From Octopus sinensis (Eukaryota), in assembly GCF_006345805.1 (NCBI RefSeq), contig NC_043003.1, forward strand, positions 80,290,001 to 80,354,000: 64,000 nt of DNA. Direction: 5' to 3'. Positions 1 through 12,540 of this stretch are shown piece by piece. The stretch's first letter is position 1; the number at the start of each line of letters is the position of its first letter. The translations under genes and the position numbers were made by a program. The notes below the pieces were generated by a model, which was not told where the DNA came from, searched no databases, and saw nothing but the letters and a program-made list of their open reading frames with translations.

Positions 1-683
1 TTATTTTGGGTTGAAGGTTTAGCTGAGGTTAATTTTGTTACTGATATATTAATAGGTGTCTGTTAGTTTTAGCTGGGTGTCTTCGTATCTTTCTTTGGTT
101 CTAATATTTTTGCACCTTCTTTAATTTTGGGTTTGATAGGTTTTCTTACTTCCATTAACATATTATTCTCACTATTATATATTTATATACATTGATAGAT
201 ATAAGTTACGATAGATATTAACTCTTTTTAAATGTAGATATATATATATATATATTTATATATAAAGTGATCTAATGAATTACACTTAATTTAATTTAAT
301 TTAAGAATTTATGTAGGCAGACATTATATTATTTTTGTTATTAGGTGGCTTATTTATTTGTAATATTAAATTTTAAGATAATTTGGTATTATATTATTTG
401 ATATTTAGTCAAATTTGTTATAGATTCTTATATTAAATCTATAGATACTACACATGTATATTGATTATATGGTTAGCTTATTTAAGGAGTTTGCCTATGT
501 TTGAACCATTTCTTATTTTGATTACTATTTAAAGACTTGTTTTAGCTTTGTGTATTTTATTTAATTTGAAAGTATTTAATAATTTAAGTATTGTTTTAGT
601 TTTCAATTATGTATATTTAGTATTTTCATATATATATTAAAGTATATTTATTAATTAATTATTTTATTATTCTAGTTTATTTT

Positions 684-771
684 TAACCTGATGAGTGACT
701 ATATTGATATCGAAGTGATTTCTCTGCCACTATAACCATTCTTAAATACAGCCACGAAACACGTGTCGTTA
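684..771 (+). ncRNA. Candidate type I hammerhead ribozyme (Penelope-type minimal HHR)
   Basis: taac-CTGATGA-gtgact...(long loop)...agccac-GAAA-cacgtGTC-gtta. Both core boxes present, stem II gtgact/agccac (one mismatch), palindromic short stem III (ACACGTGT), GUC cleavage triplet, stem I taac/gtta. Confidence 0.6.
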
Positions 772-930
772 TTCTACAATTTATATACGTTATTATTATT
801 ATATTTTTGCAATTTACGTAATCTTTGATATTTTATTGGTATTTTTTAATGTTAATATTTTTATTATATGTAATTTTCTAGATGGTATAATTTATTGTTC
901 ATTTTGAATTGATAAAAGGTGGTTTTTCTA

Positions 931-932
931 AT

Positions 933-968
<36 letters not shown>

Positions 969-980
969 ATATATATATAT
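931..980. repeat. (TA)n microsatellite
   Basis: Direct reading; one of many (TA)n/(CA)n tracts in the window. Confidence 0.95.
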
Positions 981-2248
981 CAAATAGCACTCACTTTACA
1001 TAGTTTTAATATTAAAAAAATATATATATATTTATAGTGTTTGTCGACCGGTTTGACTTTTGCTACACATGACATTGAAATTTCTGTAATTTCGTATCTA
1101 ACCAAACTTCACAGTTTTCCCCGTCTACTAGAGCAAAGAAACAATTTCTCTACAAGATCGTTTAGAGAAAGAAAATTTGTTCATCAAAAATACAGAACAC
1201 GTCTATATATGAACAGATAGCCAACTTTGATCTCAGTATATATCTTAATTCATAATCACAAACCTATCTCTGTACATATTTCATCTCGCTACTTCAGCTT
1301 CTCAGTTTTCGTGTATATTTATTTATCCCCCAACCACGGTAAGATGAACAATTACCTCCTCTTCCCTTACAATAATGATCAGCAATTACCTCCCTTTAGA
1401 TTTTTCTACTTGTTGAATCATTCATAAACTCCACACGCAACAGGGACTAAAATCGTCTTAAGATAATAAGAAATTACAATAATTCCAATGTCATGATTAG
1501 TGAAAGCGAAAGCGTTTGACCAACACTATAAAATATTTATTTCCTTTTATTTTCATTTTTGTTTCGTCTAGTTTCAGCTCACGAGATGATGCCATGCTGG
1601 GGCACCGCAATTTGGTGTTGTTACATAACTTTACTTCACGAATGTTTTTTAGTAATTGATATTTGGTGCACGAGAGAGTTTGATGCAGTTGCCCTCATCT
1701 GCACCTTCCGCGGCGAAGTTGGTTCCTCTGTGACATCTGATAGGAAGAGGTCCAGCTTTATTTTGAAGACACCTACATCCACCCAATATATTTAAAAGTC
1801 TACTAAAACTATGTGAAGTGTGTGCATTTTCATTCTCTTGTTTTATATATATATATATATAATATATATATATATATAACGTGATCTGTGATAGAAAGTT
1901 CAACAAAAAGTACTCCATCTCGTGAGAGATAATTATTGTTTATCTGAAGGTCACTATACATGTATTTAAACGCTAGGAAATATTCAAATGTGGAGAAAAA
2001 TCAAACATATTCTACAAGCGTAAACCTCCTATCATAACGAACTAAAGAAATTGAATAATAGAAGAAATGCGAAAACACTGTGAAGACAGCTTATAGAAAG
2101 AGCAGAGAGTAAAATAATGGAAATCGAAATACAGAAGCTAAAATGTAAAAAGATGAAGTGCTATCCTCCTTAGACCATAAATGATAAGGCCACAAAGATA
2201 TAAATTCAGTCTGGTATAGGCGGCATTTTTGAAATGTTCAAAATATAT

Positions 2249-2653
2249 TTATATATATATGTAGACAACCTCTGAAACGTTTTGACCTGGGTCCAATAAA
2301 CTGTTAGGGGTCTTAAATCTGAACAGGATCTGCGGTCTTTCAACCAATGAAAGTCTACATTTACTCGATCCAGTCACATAAGTTAAGCATTTCTCATTTA
2401 CTCTCCATTTAATCACATGCTTTGTTTTGTTATCTTTCAAAGTCCATACGTAGCTAGTCAAATTTGTAGCCTTACCTTTATCCCTATTTTGGAAGGAGAC
2501 TGTGTGATTAGGATAACGTGTTTTAAATCCACCATCACATAATCCACTATAGGTCATCTTATTAGTTGTGCTAGTATTTAGTGTTGCAGTAACTTCTGCC
2601 TTATATACAGGGGGCGTAAGATGTTTGAGGACAGATTTATGTTTATGAAGCAA
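2249..2653 (-). mobile_element. Penelope-like element relic, GIY-YIG endonuclease domain
   Basis: ORF PVYKAEVT...TYSGLCDGGFKTRYPNHTVSF...TNLTSYVWTLKD...IKW...CRLSLVER follows the PLE GIY-YIG pattern (VIYKA..., YIG.TE..FK.RY.NH..SF, LS.YIW.LK, C.LCL.EK). Confidence 0.75.
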
Positions 2654-2737
2654 TGAAAATATATATTAAAACAGATAATAACTTTTTTTTATCTAAAAAC
2701 GCTATGAGGATAAAGATAAACCTTCTTTCCTATCATG

Positions 2738-3300
2738 CTATTCAATAAGGCCACCTTCAACTTCAATGACTACTTCTATATGAGGTCTAAATCATCTACA
2801 TGCTCCAATCAAGTGGTTCTGGTTCAGTTTGGACATTACTCTGATTATGGCATCTACTGAAGAATCTTTGGTGTTATGGGCGTATTCATTGATCTCTGTG
2901 TCAACAACGCTCCACACATAATATTCTAATGGATTGAGATCTGGGGAATTAGAAGGCTAGACGTTAGGAGTTAAGTGACCACGAAAAGCTTCAGCCATCC
3001 ATTCTCGTGTGACTATAGCAATGTGTGATAATGCAGAGTCTTACTGAAACACATATGGCCTTCCGTTGCATACGCCGTCTATACAGGTCTTAATAATTAT
3101 TTCCAGGACATCAAAGTAGGCGGCAGAGCTAACGCTAAGGCTACGTCGAAAAACATAAGGAGGCATCACGTGTCCTTCATTGCTGACAACCCCTAAAACT
3201 ATGACATTTGCAGGAGATTTTGTATGCATGACACTTGGAACTTCAGGAGGGTCTACACATAGTCATCTCTTATTCCTTCTGTTAGCTTTTTGATCTTGAC
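2738..3300 (-). mobile_element. Degenerate IS630-Tc1-mariner transposase, maT/DD37D-like, catalytic C-terminal half
   Basis: Manual translation through stops: KSPANVIVLGVVSNEGHVMPP...GRPYVFQ*DSALSH...PSNSPDLNPLEYYVW...FRPHIEVVIEVEGGLIE*. Confidence 0.75.
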
Positions 3301-3379
3301 CGAAGTTTTTCTCGTTTTAGGAAAACCAAATCAAATATTCTGCCCATACACCAACTTATATAATATTTTATTTAAAGAT

Positions 3380-3880
3380 AATATGTAAACCAATTGTTTG
3401 GAAAACAAACATACTCGTTGATATAGTTGCGCTCTCTGAAACTCGTCTCTCTGGTGAGGGTCAATAAATAAACTTACTATCTTTTGGAGAGGCCTACCTA
3501 AGGGTAAGCGTAAAGAATCTGGTGTTGGGTTTTGCTCTCAAGAATACATTAGTATCCTCCATAGCAGAGTTTCCAATTGGTATATCTGAACGGATCATGT
3601 CATGCGGTATGAAACTGACACAAGGTAGGTTTCTTACCGTTATCAGTATTTACGCACCAACAATCTCCCATTCTGATGAAACTGTAGGACAGTTTTATGA
3701 TGATCTAGCACAATTATTGGGGAAAGTAACAATTTCTAACAAGCTGGTCATGTTGGGAGATTTCAATGCAAGAGTTGGAAAGGATTATGTTTCATAGCCT
3801 GTTTTAGGTTGACATGGGATTGGAGAATGTAATAAAACTGGAGTAGCTCTTTTGAGGTTTTGTACTGAGAATGATCTGTA
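3380..3880 (+). mobile_element. LINE apurinic endonuclease (APE) fragment, RTE-like
   Basis: VGF-like VLGFALK, TVISIYAPT, FYDDL, LVMLGDFNARVGKD, HGIGECN..G..LLRFC motifs; truncated at a (TA)n tract. Confidence 0.75.
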
Positions 3881-3913
3881 TATATATATGTGTGTATATA
3901 TATAATATATATA

Positions 3914-3964
<51 letters not shown>

Positions 3965-4041
3965 ATATATATAGATAGATAGATAGATAGATAGGTAGAT
4001 AGATAGATAGATGGATGGATGGATGGATGGATGGATGGATG

Positions 4042-4092
<51 letters not shown>

Positions 4093-4110
4093 TAATAGAT
4101 AGATAGATAA
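3878..4110. repeat. Compound (TA)n-(GATA)n-(GATG)n-(GATA)n microsatellite
   Basis: Direct reading. Confidence 0.95.
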
Positions 4111-4874
4111 GTTTCTTTATTGGCCACACAGGGCTGCACACAGATGGGACAAGTTACAAGGTAGAGCTTTTCTTTTGGGGGATGAAGAAAACAAAAAACA
4201 AAAGAAAAAAGGGGGTGGCGTAGGTTTTCGATCAAGAGGGATCGTAAAAGGGAAGAAAAGAACAAAAACAAAAAAAAATTGAATAAAATAAAAAGAATAA
4301 AAAGAATAGATAGATAGATAGATAGATAAATAGATAGACAGATAGATACCTACGCTTATTTTATTTATTTATTTACCTATATATTATGAGCGATAGTCCA
4401 TAATTTTGTTATTTATATAGGTAAAAAAACAGTAAATTCTTTGGATATTTAATATCCCTTAGGTGGTTATTTAACACATAACTAAGTTTTTATCTTTTGC
4501 ATAGATTCTGCTTATTTATTTGCTACTTTTTAGCATCAGTAAATATATTTGTCTGATATAGAATATTACTAGATAATAGAAACTATTACAATTGACACAA
4601 CTCTTAAAGACATACCAATACCTCAAAAAAAAATTTATATGATAGAACGTATAGCCAAAATAACAAACTTCATGCATAGACTAAGATAGAGAAATTTTTA
4701 TTACGATGAAGACCAAATGAATATCACTAATTACAATACGGATAATAGCATGGATTTTACCTCTGGACTATTTAAAACCAGGAATAAGCCATTACATAAT
4801 AACCTCCTCGAAACATTTGAACAAGAACTATGGACATTTTAGCTATAAAGCCAATCTCCCTCTTTCTTTATAAT

Positions 4875-4945
4875 AAATAATAATAATAGTAATGATATTA
4901 ATAATAATAATAATAATAGTAATAATAATAATAATAATAATAATG

Positions 4946-4979
<34 letters not shown>

Positions 4980-5003
4980 CAACATCAACAACGATAATAA
5001 TAA
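4875..5003. repeat. (TAA)n microsatellite
   Basis: Direct reading. Confidence 0.95.
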
Positions 5004-5235
5004 TAAGTAGGTGTAAACACCTGAACAAAATAAAAATAAACAAAAACAAAAATCAAATTATACGAACAGGAGATACAAATATTACATGCACTTCCCCCCA
5101 CCCACACACTAACTAAACATAGACACATATAGAGGTATACGCATGCGCAAATGAAGACACATACAATAGGAATACAAAATACAAAATGTCTGACCGTTAG
5201 TAAGGCGAGACACACAAATAAGAAAGAAGAAAGCA

Positions 5236-5284
5236 TAGGACCACTGATGAGGTCACAGGAGTGTGACGAAAGAACTCTGGCCTA
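5236..5284 (+). ncRNA. Candidate type I hammerhead ribozyme
   Basis: taggacca-CTGATGA-g-gtcaca(ggag)tgtgac-GAAA-gaaCTC-tggccta. Perfect 6-bp stem II with one extra G, stem I of 7 bp with one bulge, CUC triplet. Confidence 0.65.
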
Positions 5285-5452
5285 AATAAGATTAAGATTA
5301 ATGTAAAAAATGAATAACGCTGAAGTAAAATAACACCAAATATATAGTGCGTGTATTTTTGTTGGCTAAACTGGTAAAATGACCATTCCTAAATACAACA
5401 ATATCTGTTTCAACACACGATTTCACATTAAAAAAAAAATCTTGCAAAACAA

Positions 5453-5495
<43 letters not shown>

Positions 5496-6145
5496 CAGAC
5501 AGACAAACAGACAGACAGAGAGTGTGAAAGAGAGAGATAAATAGACAGACAGATAGTCCGGCAGATAGATGCAACATAGGGAAGGATCCAGCTAAGGCGT
5601 TTACGTAAAACAAGAACACAAGTGTGTTTAAAGATTCTGTTTTTATGGAATACTTCCATTACACATTTTTATGGAATACTTCCATTACATAATAGAAATC
5701 AGTTTACCTTGCCTCTTAACTAAATTTTAATCGCACGATAACAATTGTTTTTCATGACGGAATCGTTGTAATCAAAGAAGTCATCAATAAGAAATGCGTC
5801 TGAAAGAGCTGTAATGAAACTTTAAACCCATTTGTGTTCTTGTTTTGCTCAAATGCCATATCTGGAATCTTTCTTAAGTTAGATATTTGATAGTGAGCAC
5901 GCATGTGTGCGTGTATATATATTTATGAATATGTTTGCATATTTTAACTGTACATATGTGCTGAATTAGATAGTTTCCTGGTGTCCTGAATACATTTATA
6001 TTTGGATTGACTAGATCATCCTTATTCAGTCACAAACCTCAATGATGTACTGATAGAAGCATTACCACTACCTCTTCCCACAGATAGCTATATAATATAA
6101 CGATGAGATCGACCGCCCTGATTTTGGTATTTTTTTAATTTATGC

Positions 6146-6441
6146 GCCTTTTTCAAGCCTAACCAGGCTCATGGGCCCGGTTTCCCGGTTTCTATGGCGT
6201 TTGTGCCCCCCATCAGCTGGGCGGGACGCCAGTCCATCGCAGCATTACTCAAGAAGCAGGAAGAAAGAGTGAGAGAAAGTTGGGCCGAAAGAGTACAACA
6301 GGGGTCACCACACCCCCTGCCGGAGCCTTGTGGAGCTTTAGGTGTTTTCGCTCAATAAACACGCACAACGCCCGGTCTGGGAATCGAAATCGCGATCCGA
6401 CCGCGAGGCCGCTGCCCCAACCACTGGGCCATTGCGCCTCC
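6146..6441 (-). mobile_element. tRNA(Arg-like)-derived SINE
   Basis: Minus-strand head ggaggcgcaatggcccagtggtt (A box)...ggtttcgattccc-like B box; body shared with the 26799 copy; 3' module gcgatggactggcgtcccgcccagc. Confidence 0.85.
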
Positions 6442-9400
6442 GCTTATTTTCGTATGCTTTTATGTTATTGCTCAAAAGATTTGCTAAAATTTGGTTCCTT
6501 GTCATTTTCTCAAGAAGTATAACTTCTGTAATCTACTGGCCTCCTATCAAAATCAAGATGACTATTAGCTGAATGTATATAGCAAACTTGATCGGCTTCT
6601 TGAACTATTTTAGGCTCAATATATTTTTAGCGATTTAAATATGAAATACAATATTATCATTGCGTTGAAGTCTCTTTCTTGATAGTAATTATATCCTCAT
6701 GTACTAAAAGCAATTTTAATAAGAGATCAATAATATGATTATTATCATATAGATATATTGCAATAACAGTAAATATTAAAATGATTTGTTGATTCATAGT
6801 GATACTGTAGTAACCGCGTTAGGCACAGAACAATCTCATCCATTTGCGTCCCCTATGACGTTTCCATTTTTGATAGAAAGCAATTTCGTTTTATTTCCGT
6901 CCACTGAATCATATGGGGGAGCGTATTACTAACACATCATTCCGTTTTCCTTCCCCTAAAATTATAATATTTTGCTTCTAGTCTAAACAAAACCTCTGTC
7001 ATCTGAGTGATTTTAGTGCAAGTGTATAAACCTTTAAGTATAGTATTGTAAGTAGTTAATACATTGTATCGAACATGAGAGAATTGAGATATAATGTAAT
7101 TTTGATAGCAATAAAAAAAATCAAATCTTTAAGCTATAGAGATGTTTCGTTTGGATAGTTATCCCAGTATAATTCTCTATACCCTCAGGTCAAATAAATC
7201 ATGAAAGATGTTGGTGTATCTATGATTAATGGCAGCACATATAATTTGGACGCCGACTGATAATCGTGACTTCTGTATTTTCAACAGAAAAATGTTGAAA
7301 TACCAAAAACATGATTCTCGGTTGAAACTTAGAGACAAAGATCTATAATCTATAGAAGAATTGTGTACTGTATATTTTAAGGAAGAGAAATGATAGAAAA
7401 TTTCATAACTGATCACACAAACTTACACATTCGTGCACGCACTTTCATGTCTACATATTCACACACATAACCTCATATATACACACACATATCAATGGCG
7501 TTTGAATCTCCGTACAATCTAATGAAAGGCATAACTTTGGCTGGATTAGATGTTTAGTGTAAAGTAGGAAATAATTTTCTGGCAATCCTGTACCAATCCC
7601 AGTGTTAGATTGCTAAATTCTTTAGTTTGTTTGGGTTATTACAAGGTTTGATTATGTTCAGGCGTTCAATGTCTTGCCGATTTTTTCGGGATGTATGGCA
7701 CTATGTATATGCATGATGACGCTAGTGTTTAGTGGTGCTAGACTATTGGTGATAATATCACGAGTTTGATTCCTGAAGCGAAAGATGCTCTATCTTCTTG
7801 TCAATGACGTATCCTTATAAGTTGCTTCAGTAGTCAATGATGTTGAAAATTGCTACTAGTCTAATGATTGTGCTGCATTCTTTCTCACTCCCACCTTCCT
7901 CTGTTACGGTCATTTTCTACCCCACCTCTCTCTCTCTCTTTAACTGTCGCAGCTCGATGTTCCTTTCGGTCAAGTAAGGCAATCCCAGTAGGCTATATTT
8001 GCTCCTGGCTACGTGATCACCTAAAACAAGCGTGGAGCAATTTGTTATGCAATACGTATTTTTCTGTGATAAAAAAGCTTTTATATGTGACACTTCTAAT
8101 TGATGGATCAACACGTTTATGCAAGGTGTTCTCCTTTGATTGTAGACACATGCAGATGGCTGATGGGGTATGCTTATACGAGGTCCATCATGTTATCTTT
8201 TGAAATATTCAAAGGGAATTGGATCACATTTTATAATCATTCGATAAGCTAGTTGTATAATTGCCGGTCTATAAATGCGAAACTGTTGCTGTTAAGAGAT
8301 TTACTAATGTGGAAGTATGAGAGACGACTCTTTGGCATTTGACAGTACCTCCATAATTGACCCGCAACACAAAACATTAAGTGCAATGTTCATATGCAAT
8401 CCAGTACATAAATGCCCTTGATGTATCAAGGGAATGGTATTCAATCACTCTAGCTTTCACCTGCAAGCGTGCAGTCTCCTTTTTCCATTTTTCCATCATT
8501 ACTGTAATGGCTTCTGGTTCATGGAGTCGAATATTCTCGATTCGGCATCAAACTGGTATTTCTGGTCTACTCGTTTTCCCACGCATTATCAACAATGTTA
8601 CGTCCATTGACCAAGCTTGCACAAAACGTTATACCGAGTCCTGCTTTCCCAGAATATCAAACTTCTGAAATTTTCACCCTGTTTATGTTCTGTATCTAAG
8701 CGTTGAGTTACAAGAGTTTAAATGAAACTTTAACTGTATTGTAAAGCCAGAAAATATTTTAGGCACGCTTTCTCTCTTTTCTCTGATCTTGGCATTAAGA
8801 ACTTAATTTAAATCATGCCATATATTGAATATGAATGCATCATCTAAGCACTGGTATATGTATATATACACCATGTATAAACACACAGAACCACACACTC
8901 ACACAGACGCAGACACATATATATCATTGACACCTCGTTTTTGGAATGGGATCTCGTAGCACATAAATGCTATAAATAATGGCATGTAAATATAGGTCGT
9001 AAAAATCCTTTCAGACAGAAAAGTCGAAATCTGCTTCACCGATAAGAATAAAGATTCTAAACGGTTTAGGAAACTGGAAAGATTACTTTAGTTCATCAGA
9101 TACATCAGATATGGGGTCGTATCCTGTGAGTAGCCTTCGACTTATTCTATCCTAACTGGAATTTTCAACCCAATATTTACATGCTATCATTTGTAGGATT
9201 CATGAGTTTCAAGAACCAATTCCAAAAAGAATATTTTTGCATAAACTGTATCATAGATACGTATATATCCATTCTCTATTCATCATACGCGCGCGCGTAT
9301 ATATGTATACCTGGGTTCAATAAAATAGTGGACACAATTCTAGGCCGTGACTTTCATTATATAAATTATACATGACTTGTACTTTACGTAATAAACTCCT

Positions 9401-9959
9401 GTTATTATTTTCAGCAAATATTTATGATTACATAAGTTAAATGTGCCCGAATTGGAGAAATTGTGCAAGATGGTTAGGCTATCAGTCATTAAACGACAGA
9501 TTTGGGGATTATTTCGTGATGTACTTTTTCTAAATTCGAGTTTGACTCCAAATCCAAGGCAAAATCAGCACCTAGCAAGCATAATTCTGGACAGAGGGCA
9601 AACTTCACAGGGAGGGACGCAAAATAGTGAAATATATCTGAGAAAACCATGAAACTAGCAGCAACTGGAACAGAAGAGCTACAATACCTCCTTGCGAATC
9701 ACTTTGCTCGTGTGCTCTATAAAGCTAGATTCCAGAGAATGTGTGCAATTCTTTAAATCCTCCTTTCACACACGATCATTTATAAGCGGGGAAAAATTGT
9801 GTCTGGTTTATCAAAAGTGGTTATTAATTAAATGGCCCAATGTCATCTTCTCCGATTAATTATTATTCAATTTTTTTTCCAGCTTCAGACCGAGTTTATG
9901 TCAAGAAAAAGCCCCCAACCCCGCAAAAAGCCGTCAATTTTGATAGTTTGGTTCTTACC

Positions 9960-10470
9960 GTGTGCAAGTACGTAGCTCTGTGATTATATGAGGGGCTACT
10001 CTTGGGCCTTTAGTTATTCTACATGACAGAGTGGAAGCCTTGGATTATCTGCATATTTTCGCAGATCCTGCTCGTTCTGTGGTACAAATATTGCTCTCTG
10101 ATGATAACGCAGTCTTCAACGATGATAATGCACCGAATCACACGGCTAATGTTATTTAAAATTGGTACGTAGAGTACCTCGATTGCTCATCACTACTCAC
10201 TGGATCTCAATACAATCGAACAATTAAGATGCATTTCGGAGCAACAACAAACGAAGCGCTGCTTCTCTCTTCCATCATTGTCGAAAAAACTAAAGCCGTC
10301 TTAATGGAAAAGTGGTTCAGAATTGCCTGACAACCGTTCAGAATCACTTGTACGAGTTAATTCCTCGACATAATAAAGCCGTGATTGTGATCAAATGTAC
10401 TGTAACTTCATGTTAAATGATAAAACTGCCGTATAACAAGATGCTCCCATTATTTCCTCCAACCCATGTT
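9960..10470 (+). mobile_element. Degenerate Tc1-like (DD34E) transposase C-terminal fragment
   Basis: VFNDDNAPNHTA at 10112-10147 (FQ.DNAP.H motif) and LDLNTIEQ at ~10200-10223 (SPDLNPIE motif); many stops. Confidence 0.55.
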
Positions 10471-10940
10471 TGTGTGTTGTATATGTTGTGTGTTGTGTAT
10501 GTTGTGTATTATGTGTTGTGTGGGTGTGTATGTGTGTGTATCTGTTTCTGTGTGAGTGAGTATGTGCAGATATAGCATTATGGAAATTTCCTATATTGTC
10601 ATGTATTGAAATTAAAATGCATCTTTAAATATGGATTAAAATTATAATTATTGTGCTATTCTCTTAACGCATCTGTAAGCCTCAAATACACATAGATAGG
10701 TAGGGGCATCCTGGATGAGTAATGGTCATAAATACGGACTTATTAAAATGCACCTAAGAATGGAATCCTGTCCTAGGTAAACGAAAAAAAAAAAGAAATC
10801 TTACAACACATCATAAACATAATAATACAAAGAAAAATTAGAAAAGAAATGAAAAATAGACAGTCGTAACATTCAGAACATCAGAACATAAATGTTTGTG
10901 CGACCCATCTTAAATTGATTCTGGAGTATTCTGTTTTTGT

Positions 10941-10991
<51 letters not shown>

Positions 10992-11061
10992 ACTATTCTA
11001 GAACGGCTTGTTTTACAGCTTAAATCATCACGATTATCTCATACTCAGCCACTCGGCTTCA

Positions 11062-11453
11062 TACTCTTTTACTTCTTTCAGTCATTTGACTGTGACCGTG
11101 CTGGAGCACCGCCTTTAGTCGACCCAGGACTTATTTTTTGTTAGCCTAGTATATATTCTATCGGTCACTTTTGCCGAACCGCTAAGTTACAGAGACGTAA
11201 ACACACCAGCATCGGTTGTCAAGCGATGTTGGGGGAACAAACATAGACACAGAAACACACACGCATACATATATATATATACATATATACGACGGGATTT
11301 GTTCAGTTTCCATCTACCAAATCCACTCACAAGGCTTTGATCGGCCTTAGGCTACAGTAGAAGACACTTGCTCAAGGTGCCATGCAGTGGAACTGAACCC
11401 GGAACAATGTGGTTCGTAAGCAAGCTACTTACCCCAAAGCCATTCCTACGCCT
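11062..11453 (-). mobile_element. tRNA-derived SINE with CORE-like segment and internal microsatellite
   Basis: Minus-strand head ggcgtaggaatggct...gggttcagttcc (A/B boxes), then ccttgagcaagtgtcttc (CORE-like). The 3' half recurs at 35025-35240 and more diverged at ~26390-26570. Confidence 0.8.
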
Positions 11454-12023
11454 ACTTAGGCAAGTATTCCGATGAGTGCAGGAAATGAATATAATTCTTC
11501 ATCACTAAAGTATCAAAATTTACGTACGGAATTCAGAGTAACCTCAGTATATAAGGTAAAACGGAACTGTAATGCCAAAATATCTCAAAGGTCAGTGAGT
11601 TGGGAAGCAACGTTGAAAACAAGAAGGGAGGGTACCGAATTACATCAAATTTATTTTAAATAAGCTGTATCGCAATCCAACATAATGTCAACTATTTAGA
11701 CCCTCAGACGTTGGAACTAGATATTTATATCGTTAGACGAATTTACTTGTCTGTTCATGTTTGCATCTATTTAACCGTAACATAGCACGGACACTTTGTC
11801 AACTACATTGCAGAATCAACATAGCTAAATATATATTTTTTTTTCATCAGACCCGGAAATTTCATCGGCCCATTTAGATGAGCCGCTGCAAAACGTCCCT
11901 TGAATGAGTTTCAAAAAATATAGTAAAACGTTACCGAGAAGAATTTTTCCAGAACCGTTTCAATCAATTGTACATTTGAAAAAGATGTATGTGTTTTGGT
12001 CCCAATCTAAGAAAATATTTCGG

Positions 12024-12085
12024 AACATTCCTGTCAGTTTTCTGAGCATTTCGTAACATTCCTGTCAGTTTTCTGAGCATTTCGT
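12024..12085. repeat. Two-copy 31-bp tandem duplication
   Basis: aacattcctgtcagttttctgagcatttcgt x2. Confidence 0.9.
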
Positions 12086-12472
12086 ATTATTTTTAACTGG
12101 ATTTGTTAGTGTTGAATGAACTAATTATAAATGCATTATTCATTTAAAGACCTCAGAGAAAGAATGTGAATAAAATGTAAAACTAAGAGAAAGCGAGAGC
12201 GAGAGATAGAGAGCGAGAGAGAGAGAGAGAGAGAGGCGGGGAGAGGGAACGTTTAATATTAGATACCTGAACTGCTCAAATTTCAAAGGCACATTTCCGT
12301 TTCCTTTGCTCATTTGAAAAGAAAAGTAAAAGATTGTTTTACATCTCTGAAATCTTTAAATGAGCGGCTTCGAATAATTATCATTCAGTGTTCTCGAGAA
12401 AGTGGCAGAGGTGAATTTAGTGAAAGAGTCTTCGACAATGACAGTACAAGGAAGAACAGTACCGACATAAAC

Positions 12473-12489
12473 TACTGCTGCTGCTGCTG

Positions 12490-12540
<51 letters not shown>
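12473..12540. repeat. (CTG)n(CTA)n microsatellite
   Basis: Direct reading. Confidence 0.95.

Larger units (their letters stand above)
4560..5320 (+). mobile_element. Internally deleted Penelope-like element (N-terminal ORF piece, (TAA)n, ORF C-terminus, tail with hammerhead)
   Basis: TLKDIPIPQKKIY...KITNFMHRLR*RNFYY...LFKTRNKP...LLETFEQEL (~4590-4840) resembles the PLE N-terminal region. ISRCKHLNK (~5003-5030) resembles the PLE C-terminal SKCRH.NK motif. Hammerhead at 5236-5284. Confidence 0.6.

Noticed and set aside
1-660. Very AT-rich, strand-skewed start resembling a mitochondrial insertion (NUMT)
   Set aside because: No mitochondrial gene, tRNA or rRNA motif recognised; the adjacent hammerhead points instead to a decayed PLE, which is itself too degenerate to call.
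5641-5690. Short local duplications (also 21848-21918 and 59521-59565)
   Set aside because: Two-copy slippage-type duplications with no further structure.
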